64,000 bases of DNA. Origin: an uncultured Clostridia bacterium (lineage in GTDB: Bacteria; Bacillota; Clostridia; TANB77; CAG-508). The stretch spans positions 4,557 through 68,556 of the forward strand of contig CALXAA010000006.1 in the NCBI GenBank assembly GCA_944386165.1, given 5' to 3'. Shown here piece by piece: positions 24,725 through 34,397 of the stretch. The notes beneath the pieces are model-generated. The model was not told the origin of the DNA and made no database searches. It was given only the letters and a program-made list of their open reading frames with translations. The position numbers and the translations under genes are program-made. How positions within the stretch are numbered: the first letter of the stretch is position 1; each line of letters opens with the position of its first letter.

Positions 24725-24760
24725 AAGGTCGCAAGCAATAAATTGTTTGCGACCTTTTTA
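24725..24760. terminator. Bidirectional intrinsic terminator
   Basis: aaggtcgcaa (24725-24734) / ttgcgacctt (24747-24756), then a T-run. Confidence 0.7.
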
Positions 24761-24789
24761 TTATTAATGAATGTTAATATATCTCTTTT

Positions 24790-25473
24790 TTAGATATCAG
24801 CTTTAGCCCATATTATTAAACGTGCTTTACTGTCATCTGTACATGTTGTTAATGAAATTTCTGTTGCTCCTTGTGTGTCTCTTGTCATATAATCTGCATC
24901 TGTGTCTGAAGTTTCGTATTTGTTATAAATTGTATATGATAATCTCTTTCCTGTTAAGTCTGTTATGTATATTTTGTCTCCTATATTTAATTTTTTGTTA
25001 TTTGAGAAGAAATTTCCATTTCTGTAGTTATGTCCTGCTATTGTAGTATTTCCTGGTTGGTTTAATCCTACACCATGTAAAACAACAACTGATGTTTCTA
25101 ATGCTGATTTACTGTATTCTTCTTCTGCAAGCACTGGACAACTTAGACCTGTAGCTGGTATTTCTATTGTTCCTGCAACTAAATATCCATTAAATCTTTG
25201 CTCTTGTGCAGGTGCTTGCTGATTATCGTCTGTTGTATCTCCTGTGTTTTCTGGTTCAGTAACATCAACATCTAAATTATCATCAATTACTGGTTCTTCC
25301 TCTGTTGGAGCTGTATCTTCTTGTTTTGGGAATGTGTCTACAAAATTTTCAGCTTCTTTCTTACTATTTGCACTTGAGATGTATCTAAATCCTAAGAATC
25401 CTATAACTCCAAGTATTGCTATTATTATTATTACTAAGAGAACTGTTAAAAAAGTACTATATTTACTATTCAT
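24790..25473 (-). CDS. Sortase family transpeptidase (membrane-anchored)
   Basis: N-terminal TM segment. Catalytic motifs TIAGHNY, ISLTTC, ARLIIWA. Confidence 0.85.
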   Translation of the reverse strand: MNSKYSTFLTVLLVIIIIAILGVIGFLGFRYISSANSKKEAENFVDTFPKQEDTAPTEEEPVIDDNLDVDVTEPENTGDTTDDNQQAPAQEQRFNGYLVAGTIEIPATGLSCPVLAEEEYSKSALETSVVVLHGVGLNQPGNTTIAGHNYRNGNFFSNNKKLNIGDKIYITDLTGKRLSYTIYNKYETSDTDADYMTRDTQGATEISLTTCTDDSKARLIIWAKADI

Positions 25474-25572
25474 ATTATCATCCCTTTCTATAAATAATTT
25501 TAAAATTAAATTTCACATCTATATATCTATTATAACATATTTTGTAGAAAAAAGCTACCTTTTTCTGTAAAT

Positions 25573-25920
25573 TTATACTATTTTGTCCCCAAATTGTGTT
25601 CCAGCTAGTAAATGGAAATGTAAGTGTGGTACTTCTTGTCCTCCATCTTTTCCACAATTTACAATTACTCTATATCCTTTTTCTTTAAATCCTTGTTTTT
25701 CTGCTATTATATTTATTACTTGATAGATTTTTGAAATGATTTTTTCATCTCCTTCTTTCATTGTTGCTAGTGATTCAAGGTGTTTTTTTGGTATTACTAA
25801 AATATGAATTGGGGCAGCTGGATTTATGTCTTTAAATGCAAGTATTTCTTCGTCTTCATATACTTTGTTTGATGGTATTTCTCCTTTTATTATTTTGCAA
25901 AATGTGCAATTTTCGTCCAT
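25573..25920 (-). CDS. HIT family (Hint-like) histidine triad protein
   Basis: CTFCKII... and canonical VPHLHFHLLAG. Length 115 aa. Confidence 0.85.
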   Translation of the reverse strand: MDENCTFCKIIKGEIPSNKVYEDEEILAFKDINPAAPIHILVIPKKHLESLATMKEGDEKIISKIYQVINIIAEKQGFKEKGYRVIVNCGKDGGQEVPHLHFHLLAGTQFGDKIV

Positions 25921-25939
25921 GGTTATTCCTCCTTATTTT

Positions 25940-27694
25940 TTATTCTAATATTGCTTTTATTCTTCTTACACCAGAAGAACTTGATTCTTCTTTTTTTATT
26001 TTGAAATGTCCTAGTTCTGATGTGTTTGTTACGTGAGGTCCTCCGCATAGTTCTAATGATACATCTCCTATTTTGTATACAGATACTATGTCTCCATATT
26101 TTTCAATGAACATTGCTTCTGCTCCCATTTTTATTGCTTCATCTTTTTTCATTTTCATATGTTCTACTGGAATTGCTTCTTTTATCCATTGGTTAACTAA
26201 GTCTTCTGTTTTTTGTTTTTCTTCATCTGTCATTTTTGATGGGTGTGAGAAGTCAAATCTCATTCTGTCTGCTGTTATATTGCTTCCTTTTTGATGTACA
26301 TGTGGTCCTAATATTTGTTTTAATGCTGCATTTAAAAGGTGTGTTGCTGTATGGTATTTTGTTTCCATTTCTCCTGTTGATGCTAAGCCTCCTTTAAATT
26401 TTTGTTCTGAACCAGCTCTTGATTTTTCTTGATGTTCTTTGAATAGTTTGCTAAATTCTTCTTTGTCTATTTTCATTCCATTTTCTTTAGCTAATTCTTC
26501 TGTTACTTCTGGTGGGAAACCATATGTGTCATATAGTTTAAATACTATTTTTCCGTCTACTTTTTCTTTTCCTTGTTTTTTGATTTCTTCTATTTCTTTT
26601 TCAAATTCTTTTTCACCTTTTGTTAGTGTTTTTACGAATTTATCTTTTTCTTCTATTATTACATTTTTTATTATTTCTTTTTTATCTTCAAGTTCTGGGT
26701 ACATTTCTTTTAAGTTTTCCACATTTAAGTCTATTAATGTTGATAATTCGTCAAGTGATATTTGTAATTTGTTCATATGTCTTATCATTCTACGAATTAG
26801 TCTTCTTAAAATATAACCTCTATCTATATTGCTTGGTCTTCCTCCATCAGCAATTATCATCATACTTGAACGTAAGTGTTCTGCTACTATTCTTCTACTA
26901 GCGATATTGTCTACTTTTTGTAATTCTACTAGTTTGTCCATTATATGAGAAAATAATTCTGTTTCAAATGGTGTTTCTTTTCCTTCAAGTATCATTGTCA
27001 TTCTTTCTATTCCTAATCCTGTGTCTACATTACGTTGTTTTAATTTTGTGTATTTTCCTTCTGCATCTTTATAGAATTCCATGAATACATTATTCCATAT
27101 TTCTACATATTTTCCGCATCCACATGATGGATTACATTCTGGTGAACATTTTGGCTTTCCTGTATCATAGAACATTTCTGTGTCTGGTCCACATGGTCCT
27201 GTTTCTCCTGCAATCCACCAGTTGTCATCTTTTCCAAAATAATATATTCTTTCTTCTGGTATTCCTGCTTTTTTCCAACATTCTGCTGTTACTTCATCTC
27301 TTGCACAGTCTTCGTCTCCAGCAAAACATGTTACTGATATTTTTTCTGCTGGAATTTCTAATTCTTTTGTTAAAAAGTCATAACTCATTTGAATTGATTC
27401 TTCTTTGAAATAATCTCCTAATGACCAGTTTCCTAACATTTCAAAATATGTTAGATGTCTATTATCTCCTACTTCATCAATATCATTTGTTCTTACACAT
27501 TTTTGGTAATCTGTAAGTCTTTTTCCTTGTGGGTGTGGCTCTCCTAGTAAGTATGGTACTAATGGTTGCATTCCTGCTGTTGTAAATAGTACTGATGAGT
27601 CATTTTCTGGTATTAATGGTGCTGATGGAATAATGCTATGACCATGATTTTTAAAAAAGTTTAAATATTTTCTTCTTATTTCTATTGCTTTCAT
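25940..27694 (-). CDS. alaS: Alanine--tRNA ligase, short form (584 aa; no C-Ala domain, minimal editing domain)
   Basis: FTTAGMQPL, FEMLGNWSLGDYFK and GLGIERM mark the catalytic core. HTATHLLNAAL and CGGPHV are the editing zinc motifs. The ORF ends shortly after GVRRIKAIL. Confidence 0.85.
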   Translation of the reverse strand: MKAIEIRRKYLNFFKNHGHSIIPSAPLIPENDSSVLFTTAGMQPLVPYLLGEPHPQGKRLTDYQKCVRTNDIDEVGDNRHLTYFEMLGNWSLGDYFKEESIQMSYDFLTKELEIPAEKISVTCFAGDEDCARDEVTAECWKKAGIPEERIYYFGKDDNWWIAGETGPCGPDTEMFYDTGKPKCSPECNPSCGCGKYVEIWNNVFMEFYKDAEGKYTKLKQRNVDTGLGIERMTMILEGKETPFETELFSHIMDKLVELQKVDNIASRRIVAEHLRSSMMIIADGGRPSNIDRGYILRRLIRRMIRHMNKLQISLDELSTLIDLNVENLKEMYPELEDKKEIIKNVIIEEKDKFVKTLTKGEKEFEKEIEEIKKQGKEKVDGKIVFKLYDTYGFPPEVTEELAKENGMKIDKEEFSKLFKEHQEKSRAGSEQKFKGGLASTGEMETKYHTATHLLNAALKQILGPHVHQKGSNITADRMRFDFSHPSKMTDEEKQKTEDLVNQWIKEAIPVEHMKMKKDEAIKMGAEAMFIEKYGDIVSVYKIGDVSLELCGGPHVTNTSELGHFKIKKEESSSSGVRRIKAILE

Positions 27695-27721
27695 TTTTAT
27701 TTCTCCTTTTATATAATAAAT

Positions 27722-28411
27722 TTATTGATTATTAATATTTCTTAAAATACACCAAGTTCCATTACTTTCTGGTAAGCTTTTAAATGTCATTTCTTCTTTT
27801 GTTATAGGATGTTTAATTGTAAGTTCATATGCCCATAATGCTATTTGTTTACCTTGTCCTCTTGTCCCATATTTCTGGTCTCCAAAAATACTGTGGCCTG
27901 CATATGATAATTGTACTCTTATTTGGTGGTGTCTTCCTGTATGTAAATTTACTTTTATAAGTGATAAATTTTTTACTTCATTATATGCTAGAACTTGATA
28001 ATCTAATTTGGCAAGTTTTGCGTTTTTTTTATCTTTAGAAACAACTTTACTCATATTGTTTCTTTCATCTTTGTATAAATAATCTTCTAATGTTCCTGTT
28101 TCTTCTTCAAATTTTCCGTCAACAACAGCTAAATATTTCTTTTTGAAAATTTTTTCTCTTACTTGGTCACTAAGCCTTGAGGCTGCTTTTGAAGTTTTGG
28201 CAAATACCATAACTCCTCCAACAGGCCTGTCTAATCTATGTACTAATCCAAGATATACATTTCCTGGTTTATTGTATTTTTCCTTTAAGTAATTTTTTAT
28301 AATTGTTAACATATCTATGTCTTCTGTTTTGTCTGCTTGTGATGGAATGTTTGGTTCTTTTTCTACTACTATTATATGATTGTCTTCATATATTACTTTT
28401 AAATTTTGCAT
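27722..28411 (-). CDS. RluA family pseudouridine synthase
   Basis: HRLDRPVGGVMVFAKT. ATG 28411 follows RBS gggaga, directly after the upstream stop. The track start is 28444. Confidence 0.85.
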   Translation of the reverse strand: MQNLKVIYEDNHIIVVEKEPNIPSQADKTEDIDMLTIIKNYLKEKYNKPGNVYLGLVHRLDRPVGGVMVFAKTSKAASRLSDQVREKIFKKKYLAVVDGKFEEETGTLEDYLYKDERNNMSKVVSKDKKNAKLAKLDYQVLAYNEVKNLSLIKVNLHTGRHHQIRVQLSYAGHSIFGDQKYGTRGQGKQIALWAYELTIKHPITKEEMTFKSLPESNGTWCILRNINNQ

Positions 28412-28413
28412 TT

Positions 28414-29277
28414 TTAATTCTCCCATCTGCCATAAATTCCACAAGGTAATACTAGTGAAGAGTTTTCCATTGGTAGACCAATTTCTCCTGATGTTGTTTT
28501 TCCTTTATATTTTTTATTAATTGTTAAATTTAAAATATTTTCTAATACTTTGCTTGATATTCCTGTTGTATATGAATTTATTAAGAAGAATAATGGATTG
28601 TCTGATAATACATTTGAACATAGTTCTACTAAATCATATATATTGTTTTCAAATTGCCAAACTTCTCCATTTGCTCCTCTTCCATATGATGGTGGATCCA
28701 TTATTATTGCATCATATTTATTTTCTCTTCTTATTTCTCTATTTACAAATTTTACAACATCGTCAACTATATATCTTACTGGTTTATCGGCTAACCCTGA
28801 TGATGCTATATTCTCTTTTGCCCAAGTTACCATTCCTTTAGAACTATCAACATGGCAAACAGAAGCACCAGCTGAAGCACATGCAACTGTTGCTCCTCCT
28901 GTATATGCAAATAAATTTAATACTTTTATTTCTCTATTTGAGTTTTTTATTTTATTAGTCATCCAATCCCAATTAACTGCTTGCTCTGGAAATAATCCTG
29001 TATGTTTAAAACTCATTGGCTTTATATTAAATGTAAGTTCTTTGTATTTTATTTGCCATTGTTCTGGTAATTTTTTATGATATTCCCAAGAGCCTCCACC
29101 AGTTTTACTTCTATGATATGTTGCATTTGCTTCTTTCCATTTGTTTGGAAAGCTTTTTTCTTTCCAAATAATTTGTGGATCTGGTCTAGATAAAATTATA
29201 TTTCCCCATTTTTCTAATTTTTGCCCATCTGCCATATCTAATATTTTATAATCTTTCCAATCATTTGCTATATTCAT
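28414..29277 (-). CDS. Class I SAM-dependent (rRNA-type) methyltransferase
   Basis: VLNLFAYTGGATVACA (motif I), IIMDPPSYGRG (motif IV-like). Confidence 0.7.
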   Translation of the reverse strand: MNIANDWKDYKILDMADGQKLEKWGNIILSRPDPQIIWKEKSFPNKWKEANATYHRSKTGGGSWEYHKKLPEQWQIKYKELTFNIKPMSFKHTGLFPEQAVNWDWMTNKIKNSNREIKVLNLFAYTGGATVACASAGASVCHVDSSKGMVTWAKENIASSGLADKPVRYIVDDVVKFVNREIRRENKYDAIIMDPPSYGRGANGEVWQFENNIYDLVELCSNVLSDNPLFFLINSYTTGISSKVLENILNLTINKKYKGKTTSGEIGLPMENSSLVLPCGIYGRWEN

Positions 29278-29319
29278 TATAATTTTTTCCTTCTCTTTTT
29301 AATTATCGTTAAAATTATA

Positions 29320-30183
29320 CTATATTTTTCCTGTTTTTTCAAGGTTTTTAAGTTGTTTCTTTGCTTGTTTATATCCTTTTTCATATAAATTATTTATTTG
29401 ACTATTATCTAATAGAGAAATTTTCTTTAAATTAATTAATATTAAATTGTCAATTCCGTCTCTTTCATATGCCGAAAGTTCTCTTCCTTGTAATTCCATT
29501 GCTCTTGTTGCCACATCTATTAAATTTTGACAGCAGTGTTTTTCTTTATATATTGTATCAAATGCAATTCCATATATTTCATCTGCTCCAATTTCTCTTA
29601 ATGATTTCCATGGAAGATTTTCACGTATTCCTCCATCAACTAATTGTACTCCATTGTATTTGCATGGTGAAAAAACAACAGGAAAGCTACAACTTGCTCT
29701 TACTGCTGTTCCAATTGGTATATCTGTTATAATTTTTGTGTTGTCTAATAAATTACCTCTTGTTTGTAGAGATGAGGCTATATATACAGTTCCTTTTTGT
29801 ACATCTACCATTGAAATTAATAGTGGCATTTTTATTTGATTTATATTTGTTACATTGCTTTCTTTACAGATATTTTCAATAATTTTTTCAATTACTTTTC
29901 CTGTATTTAAACCATCAATAACTATTTCTCTTTTAAATATTAAACCTAAAATTAATTTTAGAATTTGCTTCCATTCAGCATATTTTATTTTCTTACTATA
30001 TTTTTGAAACATTTTCCACATTTCGTCACTTGTATATCCTAAAGCATACATTGTTGCAACAATACTTCCAGATGATGCTCCTGATACACAATCAAATTTT
30101 ATTTTTTCTTCTTCAAATGCTTTTAATGCTCCTATATGAGCCGCTGCTTTTACTCCTCCTCCAGCTAGACATAATCCTTTCAT
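29320..30183 (-). CDS. Patatin-like phospholipase
   Basis: GLCLAGGGVKAAAHIG, GASSGS (GxSxG), VDGGIREN (DGG). ATG 30183 follows RBS ggagga. The track start is 30201. Confidence 0.8.
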   Translation of the reverse strand: MKGLCLAGGGVKAAAHIGALKAFEEEKIKFDCVSGASSGSIVATMYALGYTSDEMWKMFQKYSKKIKYAEWKQILKLILGLIFKREIVIDGLNTGKVIEKIIENICKESNVTNINQIKMPLLISMVDVQKGTVYIASSLQTRGNLLDNTKIITDIPIGTAVRASCSFPVVFSPCKYNGVQLVDGGIRENLPWKSLREIGADEIYGIAFDTIYKEKHCCQNLIDVATRAMELQGRELSAYERDGIDNLILINLKKISLLDNSQINNLYEKGYKQAKKQLKNLEKTGKI

Positions 30184-30246
30184 AATTTTATTTTCCTCCA
30201 TATATTATTATATGTTTTAAATTATAAAAGTGATTATTATGATTTT

Positions 30247-30363
30247 TTACTTTCCTATACTTAATTTTACTAACTCAAAAATCATAAAAAAATTAACTCC
30301 TGATAAAATGAAAAAACTTGCAATCGCAAAAGAAAGCATTTTATGCTTTTTTAAAAATTTCAT
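30247..30363 (-). CDS. Unannotated 38-aa hydrophobic peptide (MKFLKKHKMLSFAIASFFILSGVNFFMIFELVKLSIGK)
   Basis: Hand-translated. ATG 30363-30361 is preceded by aaagggagg with a 7-nt spacer. Stop TAA at 30249-30247. It is below the track length cutoff. Confidence 0.35.
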   Translation of the reverse strand: MKFLKKHKMLSFAIASFFILSGVNFFMIFELVKLSIGK

Positions 30364-30503
30364 ATACAAACCTCCCTTTAGTATTTTTCTATGCTTGTCT
30401 AAATTTCTTGTCCTTAATATGTATATGTTATATTTTTAAAACTATGCATATAATACTTTCTTTTTTCATCGCAATATATTACATTATTTGATTTTTCATA
30501 AAT

Positions 30504-32297
30504 TTATTTATTTAATTGTTGTAATATAGTTTCTGCCAAATCCTCATTAATTCCTTTAATTTTTGTAAGTTCATCTATTTGTGCATTTTTTATTTTTTCT
30601 ACACTGCCAAAATGTTTTAATAATTCTTTTTTCTTTGTTTCTCCAATTCCTTTAATATCATCTAAAGCTGATTTTGTTATGTCTTTGTCTCTTAATTTTC
30701 TATGATAAGAAATTGCTGTATCATGAACTTCATCTTGGAATTTTGTAATTAATTTAAATAAATTTTCTGATATTTCGAATTCTTCTCTATTTTCATTTAT
30801 TAATGCTCTGGTTTGATGTTTGTCATTTTTTACCATACCAAATACTGGTATATCTAATTGTAAATCTTTTATTGCTTGTTTTATTGCTTTTATTTGAGTG
30901 ATTCCACCATCTGCAAAAATTGCATCTGGTAATTTTCCAAATCCTGATGATGTTTCATTTTCTATTGAATGTTTTAATCTTCGTGTTACAACTTCTTGCA
31001 TACATTTTGGGTCGTCTTGCGAAAATACTGTTTTTATTTTAAATCTTCTTGATAAGTTCTTTTTTATTGCTCCATCTACCATTACACACATTCCGGCAAC
31101 CATGTATTCTCCTGAAATGTTTGAAATATCAAATGTTTCTATTTTTCTTGGTAGTTTTTCTAGTCCTAAAACATTTTTTATTTCTAGTAAAATTTCAGTT
31201 CTGTCTCTTTCTTTGTTTTCAAGTGTTATTTTTGCGTTGTTATCTGCCATTTCAACAAATCGTAATTTTTCACCTTTTTTTGGTGATTTGATTTCAACTT
31301 TTCGTCCTGCTTCTTTGCTTAGCCATTGTTCTATTGCATTTTTGTCTTCTATTTCTTCTCTTATCATTATTTTATTTGGTAAATTTGTGCTATCTATATA
31401 ATATTGCTTTATAAAACCAGATAAAATTTCTTTGTCTTCCATTTCTTTTAAATCTGGAAAGAAATAATGTTCTCTCCCTACCATTTTACTTCCTCTAACA
31501 AAAAAGATTTCTACACAAACTTCTATTTCTGATTTTGCTAGTCCTATTACATCTATATTGTTTTCTGTAATGTTAGAAACTTTTTGTTTTTCATTTACTC
31601 TTTGAATTGCTAACATTCTATCTCTTATATAGGCTGCATTTTCAAATTCCATTTTTCCCGCTTCTTCAATCATTTGTTTTTCTAGGTCTTTTAAAACTTT
31701 ATCTATTTTTCCGTCTAAAATGTCTATTATTTCGTCAATTTGTTTTCTATAATCTTCTTTGGAAATATATCCCATACAAGGCCCGGAACATCTATTTATA
31801 TAATAATTTAAACATGCTCTTGTTTCTGACCTGAATTTTCTACATTGACGTATTTTGTATTTTTGTTTTATAAAGTCTAATAGTTCTTTGGCTGCTCCTG
31901 GGTTTGCATATGGTCCAAAATATTTTGAACCATCATTTATTATTTTTCTTGTTATTACAACATTTGGATAGTCTGATTTTACATCTACTTTTATATATGG
32001 ATATGTTTTGTCATCTTTTAATAATACATTAAATCTTGGCCTATTTTTTTTTATTAAATTACATTCTAGAATTAGTGCTTCTGCTTCATTATCAACTACA
32101 ATGTATTCGAAATGGTCTATTAATGATACCATTTTTTTTATTCTTTCTGTTTTGTCTGTTTTTCTGAAATATGATTTTACTCTTCTTTTTAAGTTTACTG
32201 CTTTTCCTACATATATTATTTTGTCTTCTGCATCATGCATGATATATACTCCTGGCTTTTCAGGTAGTAGTTTTAATTGTTCTTCTATGTTGAACAT
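30504..32297 (-). CDS. uvrC: Excinuclease ABC subunit C
   Basis: GIY-YIG motif PGVYIMHDAEDKIIYVGKAVNLKRRVKSY, UVR domain, C-terminal HhH GIGETKKKELLKHFGS. Confidence 0.95.
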   Translation of the reverse strand: MFNIEEQLKLLPEKPGVYIMHDAEDKIIYVGKAVNLKRRVKSYFRKTDKTERIKKMVSLIDHFEYIVVDNEAEALILECNLIKKNRPRFNVLLKDDKTYPYIKVDVKSDYPNVVITRKIINDGSKYFGPYANPGAAKELLDFIKQKYKIRQCRKFRSETRACLNYYINRCSGPCMGYISKEDYRKQIDEIIDILDGKIDKVLKDLEKQMIEEAGKMEFENAAYIRDRMLAIQRVNEKQKVSNITENNIDVIGLAKSEIEVCVEIFFVRGSKMVGREHYFFPDLKEMEDKEILSGFIKQYYIDSTNLPNKIMIREEIEDKNAIEQWLSKEAGRKVEIKSPKKGEKLRFVEMADNNAKITLENKERDRTEILLEIKNVLGLEKLPRKIETFDISNISGEYMVAGMCVMVDGAIKKNLSRRFKIKTVFSQDDPKCMQEVVTRRLKHSIENETSSGFGKLPDAIFADGGITQIKAIKQAIKDLQLDIPVFGMVKNDKHQTRALINENREEFEISENLFKLITKFQDEVHDTAISYHRKLRDKDITKSALDDIKGIGETKKKELLKHFGSVEKIKNAQIDELTKIKGINEDLAETILQQLNK

Positions 32298-32546
32298 TGC
32301 TTTTCCCCCTTAAGCGATTAAGATGTTTTATATTATTTTTAGCAATTTTCAATTTTATAAATATAATTTGTTAAATAGTATATCATAGGACTAAAAAAAA
32401 ATCAATATTATAGAACAAATTTTCGCGTTTTGTTAGCTTTTTGTAAATACTTTTACATACAAATAGTTTTACCTGCTGTCAGACAACAGCAGGTAAATGC
32501 ACATTTTAACAATTTTGCTTTTTTAAAAAAAACTTGGAAAAAAGAA

Positions 32547-33617
32547 TTATTTAGATATTTCAACCCACAATAATAACCACAGTTTTTCAGTTTTTGAAAG
32601 AGTTTTAATAATTTTTTTCAGAAATTCACAATCTAGTTTTTTTAAATCCTCCTTGAAATCATACATAATATCTACAACACTTTGTGAATTTTCAAGCATC
32701 CACTTCAATATGTCAATTGTATAAAATTTTGAATTTTTTACTGCTTTATATATAATTGACCAATTAAGTTGAAGCTTTATTATCCCAATCTCAATCGCTT
32801 TTTTAAATGTGGCTTCATCACAATTTCGATTAGCCATTATGGAAGAAAAGAATTTAACAAAGTACTTATAAACATATTCTCTTCTATAGTATTCATCATA
32901 ATAATTCTCCATATCTGCCAGAAATTCACTCATTACCTTTGCTAACAACTCCGTTGAAGCAAACTCACACGCACTAATTGCATATTTGGGTTTCATGAAG
33001 AAATATTCATAATTACCTTGTATTTCATTTCTACTCGTTTTATAAATTTCTTCAAGTGTTCTTTGTTCTATCCAGCTATGTGATAAAACATTATATAAAC
33101 ATTCTTGTAACCTAGCAGTAGATTTCTCAAATTCAAGCTCTGCTACAATAAAATAATGAGCTAATACTCCAGTAACAAACGGATTTCTAGATAATTCAAT
33201 TGATTCTTCATATCCAGCAAACTGAATAACCCAGTCTACTAAATATTTTTTTTCATATTCATTCTCAATAGGAATTTTTGGATTTGCCACCAACTCACTA
33301 AATTTTGTCCGATAAATATTCATTGCACTAATTGCAATTGAATAATCGCAATCATTGCAAACATGGTACAATAGCTCCCTTAGTTCTTCATTTGCCTCCA
33401 TTCTGTTTAACGTTAATACAATTTCATTTTTTTGCTTGAAACTTGTGCTCAAATCATATATTTTTAATACTGCTTCAATTGGCACATCACTCCTGCTCAA
33501 TACTTCCTTTCTAACCCTTGCAGAGTCATCACCTGCTAATAATATTAATTCTTCCATATTGTTCGTTGTTCTAGCTAAATCTCTCCGTGATTTCCAGTCC
33601 ATTTTTTCAATGTGCAT
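32547..33617 (-). CDS. Hypothetical helical-repeat protein (356 aa)
   Basis: Long ORF with strong RBS ggagg. No motif recognised. Confidence 0.55.
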   Translation of the reverse strand: MHIEKMDWKSRRDLARTTNNMEELILLAGDDSARVRKEVLSRSDVPIEAVLKIYDLSTSFKQKNEIVLTLNRMEANEELRELLYHVCNDCDYSIAISAMNIYRTKFSELVANPKIPIENEYEKKYLVDWVIQFAGYEESIELSRNPFVTGVLAHYFIVAELEFEKSTARLQECLYNVLSHSWIEQRTLEEIYKTSRNEIQGNYEYFFMKPKYAISACEFASTELLAKVMSEFLADMENYYDEYYRREYVYKYFVKFFSSIMANRNCDEATFKKAIEIGIIKLQLNWSIIYKAVKNSKFYTIDILKWMLENSQSVVDIMYDFKEDLKKLDCEFLKKIIKTLSKTEKLWLLLWVEISK

Positions 33618-33813
33618 AATTTACCTCCATCATGCTATTCTATAATGCTTTCGTAAATTGTTTACAAAACATATTTACGTTTTATTTATTATACCACATA
33701 TAAAATCAAAAATCAATTTTAGATTGTCACATTTTGTTGAGTTTTAGCATATTTTTATACTAGTAAATAGTCTATTAAAAATAATAGGCAGAAAGGATTT
33801 ATTAGATAAAAAT

Positions 33814-34365
33814 ATGTTACATTGTGTTTTATTAGCAATATCTGTTAGTATTGATGCTTTAAGTTTAGGTGTTACATATGGTATAAAACAATCTAGAATA
33901 AGAGGAATAAGTAATTTAATTATTTTTACTATAGCTCTTTTATCTACAAGTATTTCAATACTTTTAGGAAGCAATATTGCAAAATTATTTTCCCAAGATG
34001 TTGCTTTAGCCTTAGGATCAAGTCTTCTTATAATACTTGGTTTGTATACCATTTATAAAAGTTTCAAAGAAACATCTACTGATTATGATTTAGACAATTC
34101 AAATTCAATAGAGAAAAAAGAGGCTTTATTACTTGCTCTAGCAGTTTCTGCTGATGCAAGTTGCGTTGGACTAAGTTGCGGAATAATTGGACTTGATAGT
34201 TTTATATATCCAATACTTGCTGCGTTTTTCCATATATGTTTCATAAATTGTGGGAATTTTATAGCATATAATGTGGCAAAAAAAATTAAGATTTCCAATA
34301 AATTATTATCTATAATTTCTGGTTTAATCTTAATTTCTATAGGTATTATTAGACTTTTATTTTAA
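33814..34365 (+). CDS. YtaF/MntP (DUF204) family membrane protein
   Basis: LLAISVSIDALSLGVTYG, with an internal repeat LLLALAVSADASCVGLSCG. Six hydrophobic segments. Confidence 0.7.
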   Translation: MLHCVLLAISVSIDALSLGVTYGIKQSRIRGISNLIIFTIALLSTSISILLGSNIAKLFSQDVALALGSSLLIILGLYTIYKSFKETSTDYDLDNSNSIEKKEALLLALAVSADASCVGLSCGIIGLDSFIYPILAAFFHICFINCGNFIAYNVAKKIKISNKLLSIISGLILISIGIIRLLF

Positions 34366-34367
34366 GA

Positions 34368-34392
34368 AAGGTGGCTATAGAGCCACTTTTCA
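34368..34392. terminator. Short hairpin terminator between convergent genes
   Basis: gtggct-atag-agccac, followed by tttt. Confidence 0.5.
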
Positions 34393-34397
34393 AATTT

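Noticed and set aside
30230-30439. 69-aa plus-strand ORF in the uvrC-patatin gap
   Set aside because: It has no Shine-Dalgarno sequence. It overlaps the opposite-strand 38-aa ORF, which does have a strong RBS.
32471-32494. Perfect 9-bp hairpin acctgctgt/acagcaggt downstream of the 32547 gene
   Set aside because: No U-tract follows it on either strand, so I do not call it an intrinsic terminator. It may still be an RNA stability element.
33618-33813. Looked for a yybP-ykoY (Mn) riboswitch upstream of the MntP/YtaF-family gene
   Set aside because: I found no GGGGAGUAG-type conserved core or paired helices. The region is plain AT-rich promoter DNA.
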